From the sequence record NC_070981.1: 64,000 nt of DNA. One strand, given 5' to 3'. A program made the position numbers and the translations under genes. Numbering within the stretch: the stretch's first letter is position 1; each line of letters opens with the position of its first letter. Shown in pieces: positions 63,495-64,000 of this stretch. The notes beneath the pieces were generated by a model, which did no database searches, was not told the DNA's origin, and worked only from the letters and a program-made list of their open reading frames with translations. The stretch comes from Escherichia phage EK010.

Positions 63495-64000
63495 TATCCA
63501 CCCATTTACTATTCCTAACCTTACCACAGTCTGCGCATCTCCATGTACTCTTGTAATAAGCGTGTAACCGTTCATCACCTCTTGATATCCGGATTGGATA
63601 GTACTCGTGATTACATTTGAATTGCTTAATTAGTAACTTAATCTTCCACATAAAATAGTTCCTTATTCTTATATATAAGAGTTTAAAATTTCAATTTGAC
63701 CGAGTGGACCTAGCCTCTCCGAGCGCGTTTCCTAAAAAGGGGGAGTCCTCATTTAAAAAAGGGTTATTACCAATGCAATTGCCTTTAGGAAATCAACCAG
63801 CCTTTAAGCCCTAAGCCCTAGCTCCCTTGCTACCAGTGGCATACCTGCCCATAAATACCCTACCCATTGATATTAGACATGCATTATTTACCCATGTATA
63901 TCTAACCAGTATTCTCCCACCCGTATTTCTCTTACTCATGTTAAGGAAGGATGAAAGGCTAGAGACCTTCTACACTAAGATTGGAATGGATGGTAAGAAG

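Noticed and set aside
1-64000. tRNA genes, CRISPR arrays, integrase or other lysogeny functions
   Set aside because: No cloverleaf-like conserved tRNA features noticed by eye in the few non-coding regions, no regularly spaced identical repeats with spacers, and no tyrosine/serine recombinase motifs seen; a dedicated tRNA scan was not possible here.

Overview
This window looks like most of a lytic, tailed dsDNA phage genome with two convergent arms. The left arm (about 90-32157, + strand) carries early/middle genes: a T7 gp4-like primase-helicase, a separate DEDD 3'-5' exonuclease and a separate family-A DNA polymerase, 5'-3' exonuclease, SSB-like protein, dCTP deaminase, ThyX, dNMP-kinase-like P-loop kinase, PhoH, a sigma-70-family sigma factor, a Dps-like ferritin, a thioredoxin-like protein, a CCA/poly(A)-polymerase-like nucleotidyltransferase and five HNH nucleases. 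The right arm (32377-63352, - strand) is the virion/lysis module: small and large terminase, portal, scaffold, major capsid protein, two paralogous tail fibres, endolysin, a lytic-transglycosylase protein and large coiled-coil virion proteins. The arms meet at a bidirectional terminator (32342-32369). The most interesting candidate is an uncharacterised early gene block (2261-10075) encoding two glutamine-synthetase-like amidoligases, a class-II glutamine amidotransferase that appears to start at AUU, an ATP-grasp ligase and a gamma-glutamylamine-cyclotransferase-like protein. Other notable signals are a -1 frameshift site that would fuse the capsid protein to an Ig-like domain, a recurring TAATGTATA promoter-like motif, and an iteron-like repeat array upstream of the late operon. 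All functional calls rest on motifs read by eye and on gene order; no database search was run. No tRNA genes, CRISPR arrays or integrase were seen.
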